A DNA stretch of 64,000 bases from Octopus sinensis (GCF_006345805.1 NC_042997.1:24862001-24926000), one strand, 5' to 3'; shown: positions 37,212 through 51,529, numbered from the stretch's first letter. The notes: generated by a model not told the origin, from the sequence alone. Numbers and translations are program-made.

Positions 37212-39429
37212 ATGCAATAAAACTATTAGAAGCAAAAAGAAACCCACAAATCAAACTACTAGCGTAGTTCTAAGGAGAATATGAAGCTTCAGCTTGAAAA
37301 AGCGAAAAGTTACAATATTCGTCGTATTCTTTTCTTTTATAGAAAAAAGCATCTTAGAACAGAACGCAAACAAGAACTAGCTTTATATCTGAAAGGCAAA
37401 GAAAGAAAGAAAGAGAGAGGGGAAGGGAGATCGGCAGACGGATAGAGAATTGAAAGAGAGGGAGAAAGAGAAAGGGATAGGAGAGAGGGACAGGAGAGAG
37501 AATCAAAGAGGGAATCAGAGTGAGTTAAAAGAAGAGAATGGATGTAAGTTTTGGCAGAAATTTGGTTGGAACTGCTAACTGATTACGACCTGGGTGGTTC
37601 AAAATAAATAATTGCAAGAATGAAAATTGGTGATGAGAAGACAGAATAACAGAAGAGAATCGAGCAATAGTAAAGGGAATAAATGGTTGAAAGATGTGGA
37701 ATAAAGTGCATTGTTGAAACGTGGAATGCTTGAGTGAAGTGAGGAAGAGACAAAACATCTTCTAGCGCATTTCTTCAACTAGATAATTGATGATGTTATG
37801 TCGAACTTTTCTTCTACAATGTATCATCTACCCTGTAGATCTTCCTTCAGAGAAATGAAAGCCAGCGGGAGAAAGAAAAGGAAACAAAGAAACTGTGATG
37901 AATGATGCTCCATATTTGAAATGATTTGAATGTTAAATAGCAAATACACACACATACACACACACACACGAATACAGACGCACGCACACACACACACACG
38001 AATACAGACGCACGCACACACACACACAGACACACACGCACACGCACATATATTAACATATATTTGTACATGCGTATTTTGTATTCAAAGCAAAACTTAA
38101 CTTAGGAAGCCTTTCTTTCATCCCATGTGTGCCTTAAACTCATTCTTGCCATGTTTTGCAAGGTACATTATTTCCAACATAGTCCTGTTTTAAAGGAGCC
38201 AAGCAAGACCCAGTGCCCCAATTGTCGAATTTAGCTAAATCCAAATCGCACTATTTTCCAAAATTCCATTTTTCGTTCGGAAAACAGTTTACATTCCTAT
38301 TCCAAACCCATTTTTCTTCCTGCTTTATTATTCATTTTCTGTATCCATTCCACTCCACACCATTCTTCTCCTCTTCATTAAACTCTTTTTATTTTCAGTT
38401 TTATTATTTTTTTCTTCGATTTTACATTTTCCTTCTGATTTTATTTGCTTTTCTTTGGATTTTTTATTCTATGTACCAGTTTTAATATAATTTTTTTTCT
38501 TTTCTTTGTTTCTTCTCCTTTCCCACTAGTCTTCTTCCATCTTTGATTCCCATTCTTTTTTTTTTTTTCTTTTTCCTTTTGTACTTCATCTATTCGTTTT
38601 CTTATCTTTCTGTTTCGTCTATCTTGAACTAAAGTGCAATCTATCGACAAATTATAAGGAAACAATAGTTAAGAGCAAAAGAAGTCAAATATAAAATCAA
38701 AATAAAATCAACAAAATACAATGCCATAAGCAATAAAAAAAAAACTCAGACAAAAAAATGAAGTCAAGCAAAGCATTGCTGAGGTTTCTACTCACCGACA
38801 TGACTAACTAGCTGACAACAGCCAAAACTGGCACACACATGTGGATTACGTATGTGGCTAAGAATCTTGTACTCTTCACTAAACATCTTTCATCGCGCAA
38901 CCGCCATCATCCACTACGCAGCGCCATCTTTCACTACGCGACTACACCCTGGAACAGACACAAACAGCATCATTTTTTTTAATGTTCCATTTTTTTTCTC
39001 TTTATTAGTGTAGAAACTAGAAAAAGTCGTTTAAGACCACAGATTTTTCAATGGGCTTCAAGGATATATTCACTCACGAAAGGAATGTTTCAAAAAGTAA
39101 TTGTTGTGAGCTGCTATCTTCTTTTGAAATGAATATAACGCGATCCGATTGTTCTTAATTGCTGGTGTTCTATTGCACTTTCTTCAGTATTCAAAGAAGC
39201 TGCAAAATTAATTTCATTGTAGACTCATTATATTCAAATATATCAAACAAGGAAAGTCAAAATATTACACATATTCACATTTGTTGTTCTTTAACTAAAA
39301 GAATAGGTACAAAAATACATTGTGCATAACCATGAGATCCAGATGTTTTCGATATAGAATACACGCGGTAGTGCTCAAAATATTCAAACTTAAACGGGTA
39401 TGGAAGCAAATGTTTTTTTGTTTGTTCCT

Positions 39430-39720
39430 TCTCGAGCCATGCCTGGCCCAGAAGGGCCGGTTTCCTGGTTTTCTTGGAGTATCGGTTCCCCATCTGGACG
39501 GGACGCCTGTCCGTCGCAGGTAAGCTGTAAGATGCAGGAGGAAAGAGTGAGAGAAAGTTGTGGCGAAAGAGTCAGCAGAATTTCGCCATTAACTTCTGCC
39601 GGAGTAGCGTGGAGTTTAGGTGTTTCGCTCATAAACACACACGTCGCCCGGTCTGAGATTCGAACCCACGATCCCTCACCGCGAATCCGCTGCTCTAACC
39701 GCTAGGCCATGTGCCTCCAC
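39430..39720 (-). mobile_element. tRNA-derived SINE, family C
   Basis: Minus strand GTGGAGGCACATGGCCTAGCGGTTAGAGCAGCGG...GGGTTCGAATCTC; body shared with 20690-21007 and 32418-32660. Confidence 0.85.
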
Positions 39721-40010
39721 AGAAGCAAATGTAGGGGTAAAGAAATTAGACAGATCAGTATATAAAGTACATGAAATACAAAATTTATACATATTTCTCA
39801 CCGTAATAAAATGTACCTTTGCATCGATTATAGAATCTGTTTATAACATTTATTGATAATATGAAAAAGTTTATAGAGCAAACATAGGGTGTCAGGTGAG
39901 CTACGTTCATTAAGCTTTCATGCCGGGAAGGGGTTCATTTCACTGTTTTCCTTTTTTCATTTGCGACGCTATCAATTTTTTATAGTAACAGGCAATTAGA
40001 GTATATTTTG

Positions 40011-40073
<63 letters not shown>

Positions 40074-40415
40074 GTATATATATATATGTGTGTAGAAGGA
40101 TGAAAAGGAACACACGAGTTGATATATATGGAAAAAAAAGTCAAGATAGAAAATGCTAAAATAATTTTATAAAAAACATTTCAGTACCGGTTTCAGTCAT
40201 TGAGACTTTTTCAACTGTAACAATTAAATTAGAAAAATTAAAAGAAAAGTTTTTTTTAAAGAATATTTGTATAGTGTTCACATACAAGTGGCATTTTCCT
40301 TGTTTCTGCCCGTCTCTGTCTCTCTCAAGACTGAAACCGGTACTGAGATGTTTTTTATAAAATTATTTTATAATATTATTTATTTTTGTATCGTGACTTT
40401 GTTTCCATATTATAT

Positions 40416-40480
<65 letters not shown>

Positions 40481-40484
40481 TATA

Positions 40485-40526
<42 letters not shown>

Positions 40527-40538
40527 ATATATATATAT

Positions 40539-40922
40539 GCGCAAGAGTGGTTGTGTGGTAAGTAGCTTGCTTTCCAACCACATGGTTCCGGGTTCAGTCC
40601 CACTGCGTGGCACTTTGTGCAAGTGTCTTCTACTATAGCCTCGGGTCGACCAAAGCCTTGTGAGTGGATTTGGTAGACGGAAACTGAAAGAGGTCCATCG
40701 TATGTATATATGTATATGTATGTGTATGTATATGTTTGTTTCCCCAACATCGCTTGACAACCGATGCTGGTGTGTTTACTTCCCTATAACTTAGCGGTTC
40801 GGGAAAAAGAGACGGATAGAATAAGTACTAGGCTTACAAAGAATAAGCCCTTGGGTCGATTTGTTCGACTAAATGCGGTGGTCCAGCATAGCGACACTCA
40901 AATGACTGAAACAAGTAAAAAG
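40539..40922 (+). mobile_element. SINE family A
   Basis: Full head, central domain and GACTGAAACAAGTAAAAAG tail. Confidence 0.9.
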
Positions 40923-40928
40923 TAAATA

Positions 40929-40964
<36 letters not shown>

Positions 40965-41455
40965 TGTATGTATGTATGTATGTATGTATGTATGTATGTA
41001 TGTATACCCTCACGTAGACGCACGCACACACACTCACACACACGTACATATTTATATAAAAGCACGGTAGGACGTGTAAAGGGATGGTAAATTAACAAGT
41101 TTTTAATGTTGTATTGTTAAAAAAACGTAAGAGAGTACAAGGAACAAATATAGTAAATTGTGAATCCTGACAAGCGATTTGAAATAAAAAATATTGCCTG
41201 ACAGCAGGAATTCGCGAGTAAACTAAAATACATCCATCATATATGATGCAATGCATATGTCGTGAGTTATGGTTTGAGAAACGGGCGAGAGCCTAGCTGC
41301 CAACTTCAAGAAATGGGGGAGGAAGACAGTATCAAAGACAGTTTTCGGCAGATATAGGAAAGTGAAGTAAAAATCTAAAAAAATAACCAAACAAACAAAT
41401 GAACAGATTAACTAAAGATGAAAAAATATATAATGAAAACTTTCATTTGCAATTA

Positions 41456-42273
41456 TTGTACTGAGTCAAAAGTTTTGCAATGTTTTGGTAGCTTATTTGC
41501 TTTATTCATCACTTTACAACAAAAGCAGCCTAGAATTCAAAGCAGAGGCCATTGTGTTGCACCGTTCGAAGCCATCTTTCTGGCAGTTCTTTGATCCTAC
41601 GCTGATACCAGTTCTTGCCCTTCGAGGCAAAGAACTCCATCACTGAAGATTCCAGCATCTCTTAGTTGATAAGGCGTCACGAACGCAAGAAGTGATTCAT
41701 ATACTGGAACAAACAATAATCCAAGGGAGCTATATTTCAGAAATCTTAACATGCATAAACGGTGGTTAAACAAGGACTAGCTTCCGAAACCTTTTGCCAA
41801 ACATGGGCGTTTCGAACCCAAGGTGATGTCCTGCATCTGGTGGAATTATAGTTCGTTCAGGATGGTCGAACCACCGATGCTGACTTGTACTCTGCACTGT
41901 CGGAGCGAATGTATGCCATTGTGAAGCAAAAATACCCGGCATTAGTTAACAAATTGCGAGTTCTTCTGCAGTAAGACAACTCATACCACTTGAACGACAA
42001 GGAATAAACTCCAGGAACTTGAGGGTAAGGAACTGATGCTAACCCTGCATTTAGTCTAGACCTGACTGTCTCGCATTATTACATGTTTCAATATGGAAGC
42101 TTCAGTGGAGTTTTGCTTCGAAGGTCAAGAATTGTTATCAGCGTAGGATCAAAGAACTAGCGGACAGGTGGCTTCAGACAGTGTAACTACTTTGAATGCG
42201 AGACTGCTTTTGCTGTAACTTGAATAAAATGAATAAGTTACCAAAATTTTGCCAAACTTTTGACTCAACACAA
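41456..42273 (+). mobile_element. Non-autonomous mariner derivative with about 200-bp inverted arms made from the transposase 3' end
   Basis: Interior encodes decayed PKVM.CIWWN, ADLYSA, KYPALVN, RVLLQ.DN and HPA.SLDL motifs. 41454-41653 is the diverged reverse complement of 42095-42275; TA at both ends. Confidence 0.75.
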
Positions 42274-42484
42274 TATATTTCATTTATAAAAAATTGTCTA
42301 AGTATGACAAAGTTAAAATGATTGCGATACGTTATATCTCTTCCGTCAACAATTTCCATTTGAAAGAATTGTCTAAGATATACTTGGAAGAGGCCTTTCA
42401 ACATAAACCGCAAAATGTGACCAATCTTTGAAATATCCTTGTATATAAATATAATCATATATACGCATGCAACAATGATTACTC

Positions 42485-42851
42485 TCTATTACTTGTTTCA
42501 GTTATTTCACTGCGGCCATGCTGGAGCACCACCTTTAGTCGAGAAAATCGACCCTAGGACTTATTCTTTGTAAGCCTAGTACTTATTTTATCGGTTTCTT
42601 TTCCCGAACCGCTAAGTTACAGGGACGTAAACACACCAGCATCGGTTGTCAAGCGATTTTGGGGGGACAAACACAGACACACAAACACACACACATATAT
42701 ATATATACATATACATATTTACGACGGGCTTCTTTCAGTTTCCCTCTACCAAATCAACTATAGTAGAAGACACTTGCCGAAGGTTCCACGCAGTGGGACT
42801 GAACCCGGAACCATGTGGTTGGTAAGCAAGCTTCTTACCACACAGCCACTC
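42485..42851 (-). mobile_element. SINE family A
   Basis: Reverse complement of family A with an internal deletion. Confidence 0.85.
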
Positions 42852-43028
42852 ATGATAAATAAAACAAATCCATAATTTCTCAAGTACCTAAAATGCAAAC
42901 TCATTTAACCTCATCAAAATAGGATTCATTATTTTTCTTCCTACTTTATATTTCTTCTGCCCGAAAAATATCGATCCAGTTGCTATACTTTCCTCCTCAC
43001 TCTCTTTTCTATCCCATCGTGTACATTT

Positions 43029-43245
43029 CTCTTTACTTGTTTCAGTCATTTGACTGCGGCCATGCTGGAGCACCGCCTTTAGTCGAGCAAATCGACCCCG
43101 GGACTTATTCTTTGTAAGCCCAGTACTTATCCTATCGATCTCTTTTGCCGAACCGCTAAGTGACGGGGACGTAAACACACCAGCATCGGTTGTCAAGCAA
43201 TGCTAGGGGGACAAACACAGACACACAAACATATACACACACACT

Positions 43246-43339
<94 letters not shown>

Positions 43340-43508
43340 ATATATACATATATACGACAGGCTTCTTTCAGTTTCCGTCTACCAAATCCACTCACAAGGC
43401 TTTGGTCGGCCGGGGCTATAGCAGAAGACACTTGCCCAAGATGTGGGACTGAACCCGGAAACATGTGGTTGGTTAGCAAGCTACTTACCACACAGCCACT
43501 CCTGCGCT
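43029..43508 (-). mobile_element. SINE family A with internal (TA)n
   Basis: Reverse complement of family A. Confidence 0.9.
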
Positions 43509-44848
43509 TTTCTTGTACATTTCAATTTAATATATTGGTTTCAAATTTTGGTAAAAGGCCAGCAAACTTGGAGGTGGGGGATAAGCCGATGATATCGACC
43601 CGAGTCCTCAAATGGTACTTATCTTATTGACCCTTGCACATATATAAAATTACATTAACTTACATATGTAATGATATACATATGTACATATGTACTGATA
43701 TACGTTTCAAGGTTTTGCACAAGACCAACAATATCTAGGGAGGCAGTAATTTGATTACATCGACGCCAGTGTTCAAATGGTACTTATTTTATTGAGCCGG
43801 AGAATGAAAGGCAAAGTCGACCTGGGCGGAATTTCAAAATAGAACATAATGACTGACAAAATGCCGCTAAGCATTTTGCCCGGCGTGCTAACAATTCTGA
43901 TCGTAATATGTAGCTGCATGTATCCATTGACATGGGCTTGCATGTGCTCATATGTAGATATATATATACATGCATGCTGACACACACTCGCACACATCCG
44001 GACACCTTACACTCTGTCATACGAGCACCCCGCCCCAATAAACAAACACAGACATACACACATGTACACATGAATTCATACAAAAGATCTCCCTCTCTCT
44101 CTCTCTATCTGCTTATATATATTTCAAGAGTTGAAGAGAAAGAACATGATAAAGAGTAACGTTAGACGAAACCATAGCAAACGCAAAACTAGACGAAAAC
44201 ATAACGGAAAATTAGACGAAAGCAAGAGACACAAACATTTGCAGCAGACTTCCTCGTCAGTCAATAATCGAGACATCCTAGTGGTTTCGCGCTTTTTGTC
44301 ATTGAGCTCACACCATCTTCGCAGCGCCAAAGCATTAAGCTTCTGGGAAAATCTAACGAATGTATACAAGGAAAAGAAGTAGACAAGCTGAGAAAAAATA
44401 TTGATAATAATAAACACACAAACACACATACATATATACTGCGCACATATGCATTCACACACATACGCACTGACCCACGCCTATTCACACATAAAAACGC
44501 ACACACACACACACGCACACACAGTCAAATTATGCACTCTTCTGGCTTCAAACACCACACATTTTCTCTCTCCAGTTTCCGCTTGGTTATCTTTGGATCA
44601 TGTGGCTAAGCTTGTACTTTTCTCCTGACTCAATGTTTATATTGTTTGTTCCTTCTTATTTTCCTTCTTTTTCTGACTGTCTTTGATGTTTCGATGGAGA
44701 CCTGTATTCAAAATGTCATATTTCTACAGCTGAAATTTCAACGATTGTCAGTGAAAGTCCATTTGACATTTTGTTTTTTAATTAATCGTTCGCTATCGAT
44801 TTGTCTTACATAAGAATGTAATATTATATAATACAATATAATAAAATA

Positions 44849-44897
<49 letters not shown>

Positions 44898-44999
44898 TAT
44901 ATTATATAATATATATATACATACATTCATACATACATATATGCCTCTGTGTGTGAGTGTGTGTGTACGTGTGTATCTATGTATATACATACGTTACCT

Positions 45000-45031
<32 letters not shown>

Positions 45032-45033
<2 letters not shown>

Positions 45034-46226
45034 GCGTCATCCCATAAATAATGTGGTTTTTTCAATTGCATGAACTAAAAATCAGAGGGCGACGATATAA
45101 GCTACCTACATCAACTTGCTATAAAACGAAGTAATAATTTTACCTTTCACTTATTCTTAGTGCAAGTTTTGAAGAGTGCACTTCGGTTTTAACAGTTATT
45201 TTTTCAAAGCTATAATGGAAGAGACGAAGGGAAATATTTGGCATATTTAGCTTTATGAATTCAATAAGGCAACAAAGCAATGGAACGTGCCAGAAATATT
45301 AATGCAGTATATGGGGATCGGATAATATGTGTAAGCTAGTGTCAACGGTGGTTCCAGAAATTCCGAGCCGGAAATTACAGCCGAGACGACGAGCCTCGTC
45401 TTGGAAGATCTGTAGAGCTCGACGAGGTCCTCTTGTAAACCCTGGTAGAACAAAATCCCACCGTATCAGTTGAGAAACTAGCAGAGAAGCATAGATTTGG
45501 TCATTTAATCATTCATCGCCACATGCATGCCATCGGAAAATTCAGCAAATTGGGTCAATGAGTGCCTTATACTTGCCGAGTCTAATCGCGAGCAGACAGT
45601 GAATATGTGCTCTTATTTGTTGTCATGGGTTCTCTATAAAAATGTCAATTGTCAAAGACAGTGGGTAGGGAAAAGAGAAACACCGGCACCCCAGACTAAA
45701 GAAAGTCTTCACCCACGTCAGGTACTGTTATCTATTTGGTGGGATATGAAAGGCTTAGTCCATTTTGAATTTTTAAACTCAAACAAACTATAACAAAGGA
45801 GATCTACTGCAAGCAGCATGAGCTACTTAAGTCAGCACTAGAATAAAAACGACCATCTTCGAGGATAATGCTCGGCCACATACAGCAAGGACGACATTCC
45901 AAAGGCTGGAGCAGTTTGAATGAGAAACGATGCCCCACCCACCATATTCGCCAGACATTAGGCCATCTGATTATCATTTATCCCGCAGTCTTCAAAGTCA
46001 TTTAGACGGTAACAATATGAATTCTAAAGACGAGGCCAGAACAGTACTGCAGGAGTATTTTTCGTCACGGACAAGTAAATTTTGGAAGAAGTAACTTGGA
46101 AGTCTACCTGATAGATGGAAGCGCATTGTAGAAAATGAAGGAAAGTATATTTTGATTAAAAAAGTACTGTGTTAGTCTTAATTTTGAAAAATGAAAGTAT
46201 AAAAAAACTATTATTTATGGAATGAC

Positions 46227-46230
<4 letters not shown>
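45032..46230 (+). mobile_element. Mariner transposon with internally deleted, decayed transposase (about 45215-46159)
   Basis: TIRs TGCGTCATCCCATAAATAA / TTATTTATGGAATGACCCAA within TA repeats. Motifs LYEFNK..A.NINAVYG, LHPRQVLLSIWWDMKG, HPPYSPDI.PSDYHL, LPDRW..IVENEG.Y. Confidence 0.9.
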
Positions 46231-46266
<36 letters not shown>

Positions 46267-46300
46267 TGCATACATTCATGCATACACACACACACATATA

Positions 46301-46681
46301 CTCTTTTACTTGTTTCAGTCATTTGACTGCAGCCATGGTGGAGCATCGCCTTTAGTCGAGAAAAACGACCCCAGGACTTATTCTTTGTAAGCCTAGTACT
46401 TATTCTACCGGTCTCTTTAACCGAACCGCTAAGTTACGGTTGTCAAGCGATGTTGGCGGGGGGGACAAACACAGACACACAAACATATACACGCATATAC
46501 ATATACATACATATATATGACGGGCTTCTTTCAGTTTCCGTCTACCAAATCCACTCATAAGCCTTTGGTCGGCCCGAGACTATAGTAGAAGACACTTGCC
46601 AAAGGTGCCACGCAGTGGGACGGAACCCGGAACTATGTTGTTGGTGAGCAAGCTACTTACCACACAGCCACTCTTGCGCCT
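46301..46681 (-). mobile_element. SINE family A
   Basis: Reverse complement of family A. Confidence 0.85.
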
Positions 46682-46684
46682 ACT

Positions 46685-46742
<58 letters not shown>

Positions 46743-46798
46743 AAATATCAAAATTACTAAGTCTCTCTAAAGGAGATTACGGCAGCGTTACTGGAAAT

Positions 46799-47247
46799 TA
46801 ATAGTTATCGCCATACTAATATGGCAGTCTTATAAATATAAGACTAAAGCTGTCGCTGATTAGCTCCATGAGGCCACCGCTATTTGACACACAAACTGCG
46901 TCCATTATTAACCTTCGAACTTAGTAATTTTAATATTTCTATTATTGAAAACAAGTGGATGTATTCCACTGAAACTAGGTAAATAGATTCTTCGAACAGG
47001 GACAGTCAGTAGTGACACCTGCTGGGTCTGACTACGCTGCATTGATAAAGGGCAAATACCCTGAAACATGTCTGCAGCTGTCTGACTGGCAGGATGAAGC
47101 GGCTGACCTCCCCTGTTCGAAGGTTTATAATGGACGCAGTTTGTGTGTCAAATAGCTAGCTTGAGGCGGTGGCCTCATGGAGCTAATCAGCGACAGCTTT
47201 AGTCTTATATTTATAAGACTGCCATATTAGTATGGCGATAACTATTA
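46799..47247. repeat. Fold-back element: about 120-bp near-identical inverted arms around a hammerhead-like core
   Basis: 46799-46920 versus 47115-47247 (one short indel); inner repeat TTCGAACAGGG / CCCTGTTCGAA. Confidence 0.85.
47036..47078 (+). ncRNA. Minimal type I hammerhead motif with mutated core
   Basis: gctgca-TTGATAA-aggg(caaata)ccct-GAAA-c(at)g-TC-tgcagc. All stems are perfect; the core differs from CTGATGA at C3 and G8. Confidence 0.65.
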
Positions 47248-47622
47248 TATATATATATATATATATTTATTTATATGTCGCGTTTTTTGCTTGGATTTAC
47301 TCATACGCACCACTGAAACAGTTACTAATATTGTACTGAAAAATTCACGCCCACACATTTTTACTGTCATACAGTAAGTGAAACAGACTTTAGAAGGATA
47401 AGTTATTGCGAACAAAAAAGAAAGTTTATTCTTAACGAATGTGTGTGGGTCTCAGTCTGCAGTGATTGGATACTTTCATTTTAAACCAAAGCTATATGCT
47501 TGTATGTATATATATATATATATTATATATATATATATGTGTGTGTGTGTGTACATATATATAGATATGTATATATATATATATGTATAAATATATATAT
47601 GTATATATATATATTATATAAT

Positions 47623-47656
<34 letters not shown>

Positions 47657-47685
47657 GTATATATATATGTATGTATATATATATA

Positions 47686-47776
<91 letters not shown>

Positions 47777-48501
47777 ATATAAGTGTAAGTGTGTGTCAGT
47801 ATGCACGTGTATATGTCTACATATATTGAAATATATTGCTGTTGTTTTTTTTTTCCTGCTGTATAAGTCTTTGTTGTTGCTGGTGTTGTTGTTGGTGGTG
47901 GTGGTGGCGGTGGTATGAATTCAAATAATCAAATAAACCCTGATTATGACTCTTTAGAGAATTAACATCTACAATTTAATTACACAAATAAGTTGAACTC
48001 ACTTACCTTTATCTCAGAACTTCGTGTAAATATCGGATGAAATATAATGAAACGTAGCATGCGCTGAACAGCAATTAAAATTCTAAGCTGGAGACGTCTC
48101 TTATTCCCAAGTAATTATGGCAAATACCTACACACACACACAATATACACATACACACATATGCATACACATACATGAAGCTGTCCACGTACAACGCTCA
48201 AACACATAGATGGCTATATACATAAAAATATACAAGATGTCGCGTAATTAAATCAGTGTTTTACATTATATTAACGTCGAAATTATGGGACGCGTAATAT
48301 ATGTATATATGCACGTATATATGCATATATGAAATTTTGATTTTATATATACATGATTTTATATATACACACACACATACACACATATATAAATACATAT
48401 ATATGCGCATAAATGAATATATATGCACACATATATCTATGATATTTCATCCAACACATGTATATATGCAATCCTATATATATACATACATACATATAAT
48501 G

Positions 48502-48574
<73 letters not shown>

Positions 48575-48897
48575 ATGAGAGATTCGTAGCTTAGTGGTTA
48601 GGGTGTTGCACTCTCGATTTCGTGATCATGGTTTTTAATTCCCAGACCGGCTGTGCGTTAAGTTCTTGAGCAAAACATTTCGTTTCACGTTAATCCAATG
48701 TTGCAAATGGTGTTCCGCTCAGGGAGAATTTTGGGTTGATCCCCTAGCTAGCAGGTTGGCATCAGTCCAAACTTAAAGCAATGAGGGGAAGCGCAGTAGG
48801 AACAATGGTGCAAAATGACATCTGACTGGTCGATAAAGTAATATAGTTTTATATATATACGTGTGTGTGTGTGTGTGTGCATTTGCAATTATAAACT

Positions 48898-48933
<36 letters not shown>

Positions 48934-48981
48934 TAAATGAAAAGAATGGAGTCAAACGAAGATTTTAACAAAATTCCTTTG

Positions 48982-49064
48982 CTTTCGACACATGTTTCGA
49001 AGACTGCACATTCTTAATTCCGAAGGAATAAAGTGTGCATTATGCCGTCTTCTCTTCAGGAAAG
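48982..49064 (-). ncRNA. Type I hammerhead ribozyme motif with intact core and extended stem II
   Basis: Minus strand: ctttc-CTGAAGA-gaagac...gcaca...tgtgc-a-gtcttc-GAAA-catgtg-TC-gaaag; GUC cleavage predicted between 48987 and 48986. Confidence 0.85.
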
Positions 49065-50305
49065 ACAAGGAGCCTCTATCAGTCTCACGACGAACAAAAG
49101 CCTTTTTGATGACTGCCTACATTGTATCTTTTCATTTATTCATATAAAAAAAAACACACAAATTTCCACACAGGAACACGGGGTTTTGCCCTTGGCATGT
49201 TGCTTCAACCGTGTTTTCTGACATGAATTTGCTACCCAGGTATCGATTAACCGAATTATCCATACTAGGATAATTCATTCACCTACTTAAATATTCTTGT
49301 ATATATATATGCATGTTATCGGCTTACATCACACACACACACACACTCCAAATTTACTGGTTTTGCACTTCAACGAATGCCACCCTAATGATTTAATGAT
49401 GACCATAAATGCATCAGAGTGTAAAACATGCAATTTAAGTTTCAAGTACATCCCCCTGGTTAAACTTCAATCGACATTAGAAAAGAATTTCATGAGCCAG
49501 GTTGGTTATTATAAGAATTTTGAGCATATCACAACCCCATAATACATAATTGCTCGATACCGTTATCCGTTCTCTGCTAAAGATATGGTACTGGTACTGG
49601 CGACGAATTATAAAAACAGGATTGATTGTAATGTATCGTTTTACTTTCATATTTATTTTTGTACTGTACTAATATATAATTCAATATGTAATGTAGTGGT
49701 CTTGAATAATTCTTAACTTCATACATAGATACATACATCCATATATACATACATACATATTCAAAATGCTTTTGAATGTCGCATCATATCCCTTCGGCAA
49801 CATCTTATAATAGCGAAGTGTCGAAGTGCATCCCTTGATCAAGTTGTCATGCATGAAGCTGATAACATCATAAGAGTTGGAAGCTTGAGTAGTACTCTTC
49901 GTCTGATAACCTAGAATACATGCCCCAAAAAGTCGCGCGATTCTACAGCAGCGTATCATCAGATGAACGGATGATACTATATATGAACAGAAGACTATGC
50001 ATGGATAAGTTAGTAGAAAGCTCCGTGATGATAGTAACATTGATCATGAAAGCAGTTTATCATGGACCAATAGCCAGATTACTACCTCCCACTTTGAAGG
50101 CAATGCATTTCCAATCTAGGAACAGAAAAATAACCTGTAGTTGATGTTGAAATTCCAATGAGGGAGCCTTGGATCTAGGTTAGAAACCAGTTCTTTCTCT
50201 ATTGGCAAGAAATCGTGAAATAAACTGAATAATGACATACATCCATACACACACAAATACACATACCTACATACACACATGCAAACACACACAGATATAC
50301 ACACA

Positions 50306-50356
<51 letters not shown>

Positions 50357-50361
50357 ATAAA

Positions 50362-51093
50362 TGTAAGAACTTAATGTTAACAAGGCTGCGTGGCGTTCAA
50401 TTATAAATAATGAAAAAATAACTATGCGCCTTCACTAGTCAGTTAAGGTGAGACAGTGTCACGTGACAACTTGCTGGGGCTGCCTGCTGGAGCCTATGCG
50501 GCAGGTATTTAAAGGGAGAAATTTGACAAGACAGTCAGTCACCGACTGACACTCGCTGACGATACATCGAAGAGGCCAGAGAACAGAAGAAAGAAGACAT
50601 GCACCCAACACCAGAACTGAAGACACCTCCGAAAGGGAGAGCCCCGCTACGTCAAAACGGTAGAGGAGTAGGGGCCGAAACCGGACGTGGTTCCTCCTGA
50701 TGATGTCTTGAGCTAACTGGATCCTATAAAGGAGCTGTTGTGGTAGCAGACCACGAAACACGGTTGTAATTCCATTGTGTACAGGACATCACCAACGAGT
50801 GGAAAATACATAAAAACACAACTAGAGACAAGTACAGGACAAAATACCAAAAGATGACTCCTTGTCGACTATTTATTAATACCTATTCGTGCATTTAAGG
50901 ACAAGATAGGAAAACTTCATAAGACAGCAGCATCCAAAAAAATTTTGAAATATAAAATTTCTGGAGAGTTAAGGCTTCGAAAAAACAAACAACAACAAGT
51001 GAGTCGTCGTACAGAGTAAACAATCGACGAAGACAAATATTAAGGGCCGGCAGGCCAAGTCGATTTGTAATAGGTAAAGCCTGGGAGCCACTA
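50362..51093. mobile_element. Possible solo LTR or other GC-richer repeat
   Basis: Begins TGT right after a (TCTA)n tract, contains TATTTAAA, has higher GC and ends ACA. No target site duplication found. Confidence 0.3.
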
Positions 51094-51254
51094 CACATTC
51101 TTCATTTTCTATCCTTGCCTTTCTCTGTCTTCTATTCTATGGAAGAGCGTAGGCTTGAAACGTTAAAGACTTTTTCGCTTCCCGAGCGTTATAGTAACAC
51201 ATTTGTTAATTGTCTATACAATCTGTCTTCGTCTTTCGTCTTTTTCTGAATTCT

Positions 51255-51288
<34 letters not shown>

Positions 51289-51289
51289 G

Positions 51290-51529
51290 AGCAAAACGCC
51301 CTCCCGTCCTATGGACGGTGCTGAGTTGTCAAACATTTAAACAAAATTTTCTCAAAACAACTTGTCCGACCGTCGCTCGCATTCTCACCTGGAATCGATT
51401 TTTGTAATTTTTTTCAAGACTTATACACGTCCTGATACCGTCGGTATCTACATATCAAATTTGAGCTCAATCAGATGGAGGATGCCCGAGATCCTAGAAG
51501 CTACACAGACACACAGTAAGAACGTATTT

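Noticed and set aside
49780-50144. SSDERMILY, resembling the piggyBac SIDE.MIPY motif
   Set aside because: A single short motif with no downstream KP.RFG.K support and no TTAA/TIR identified.
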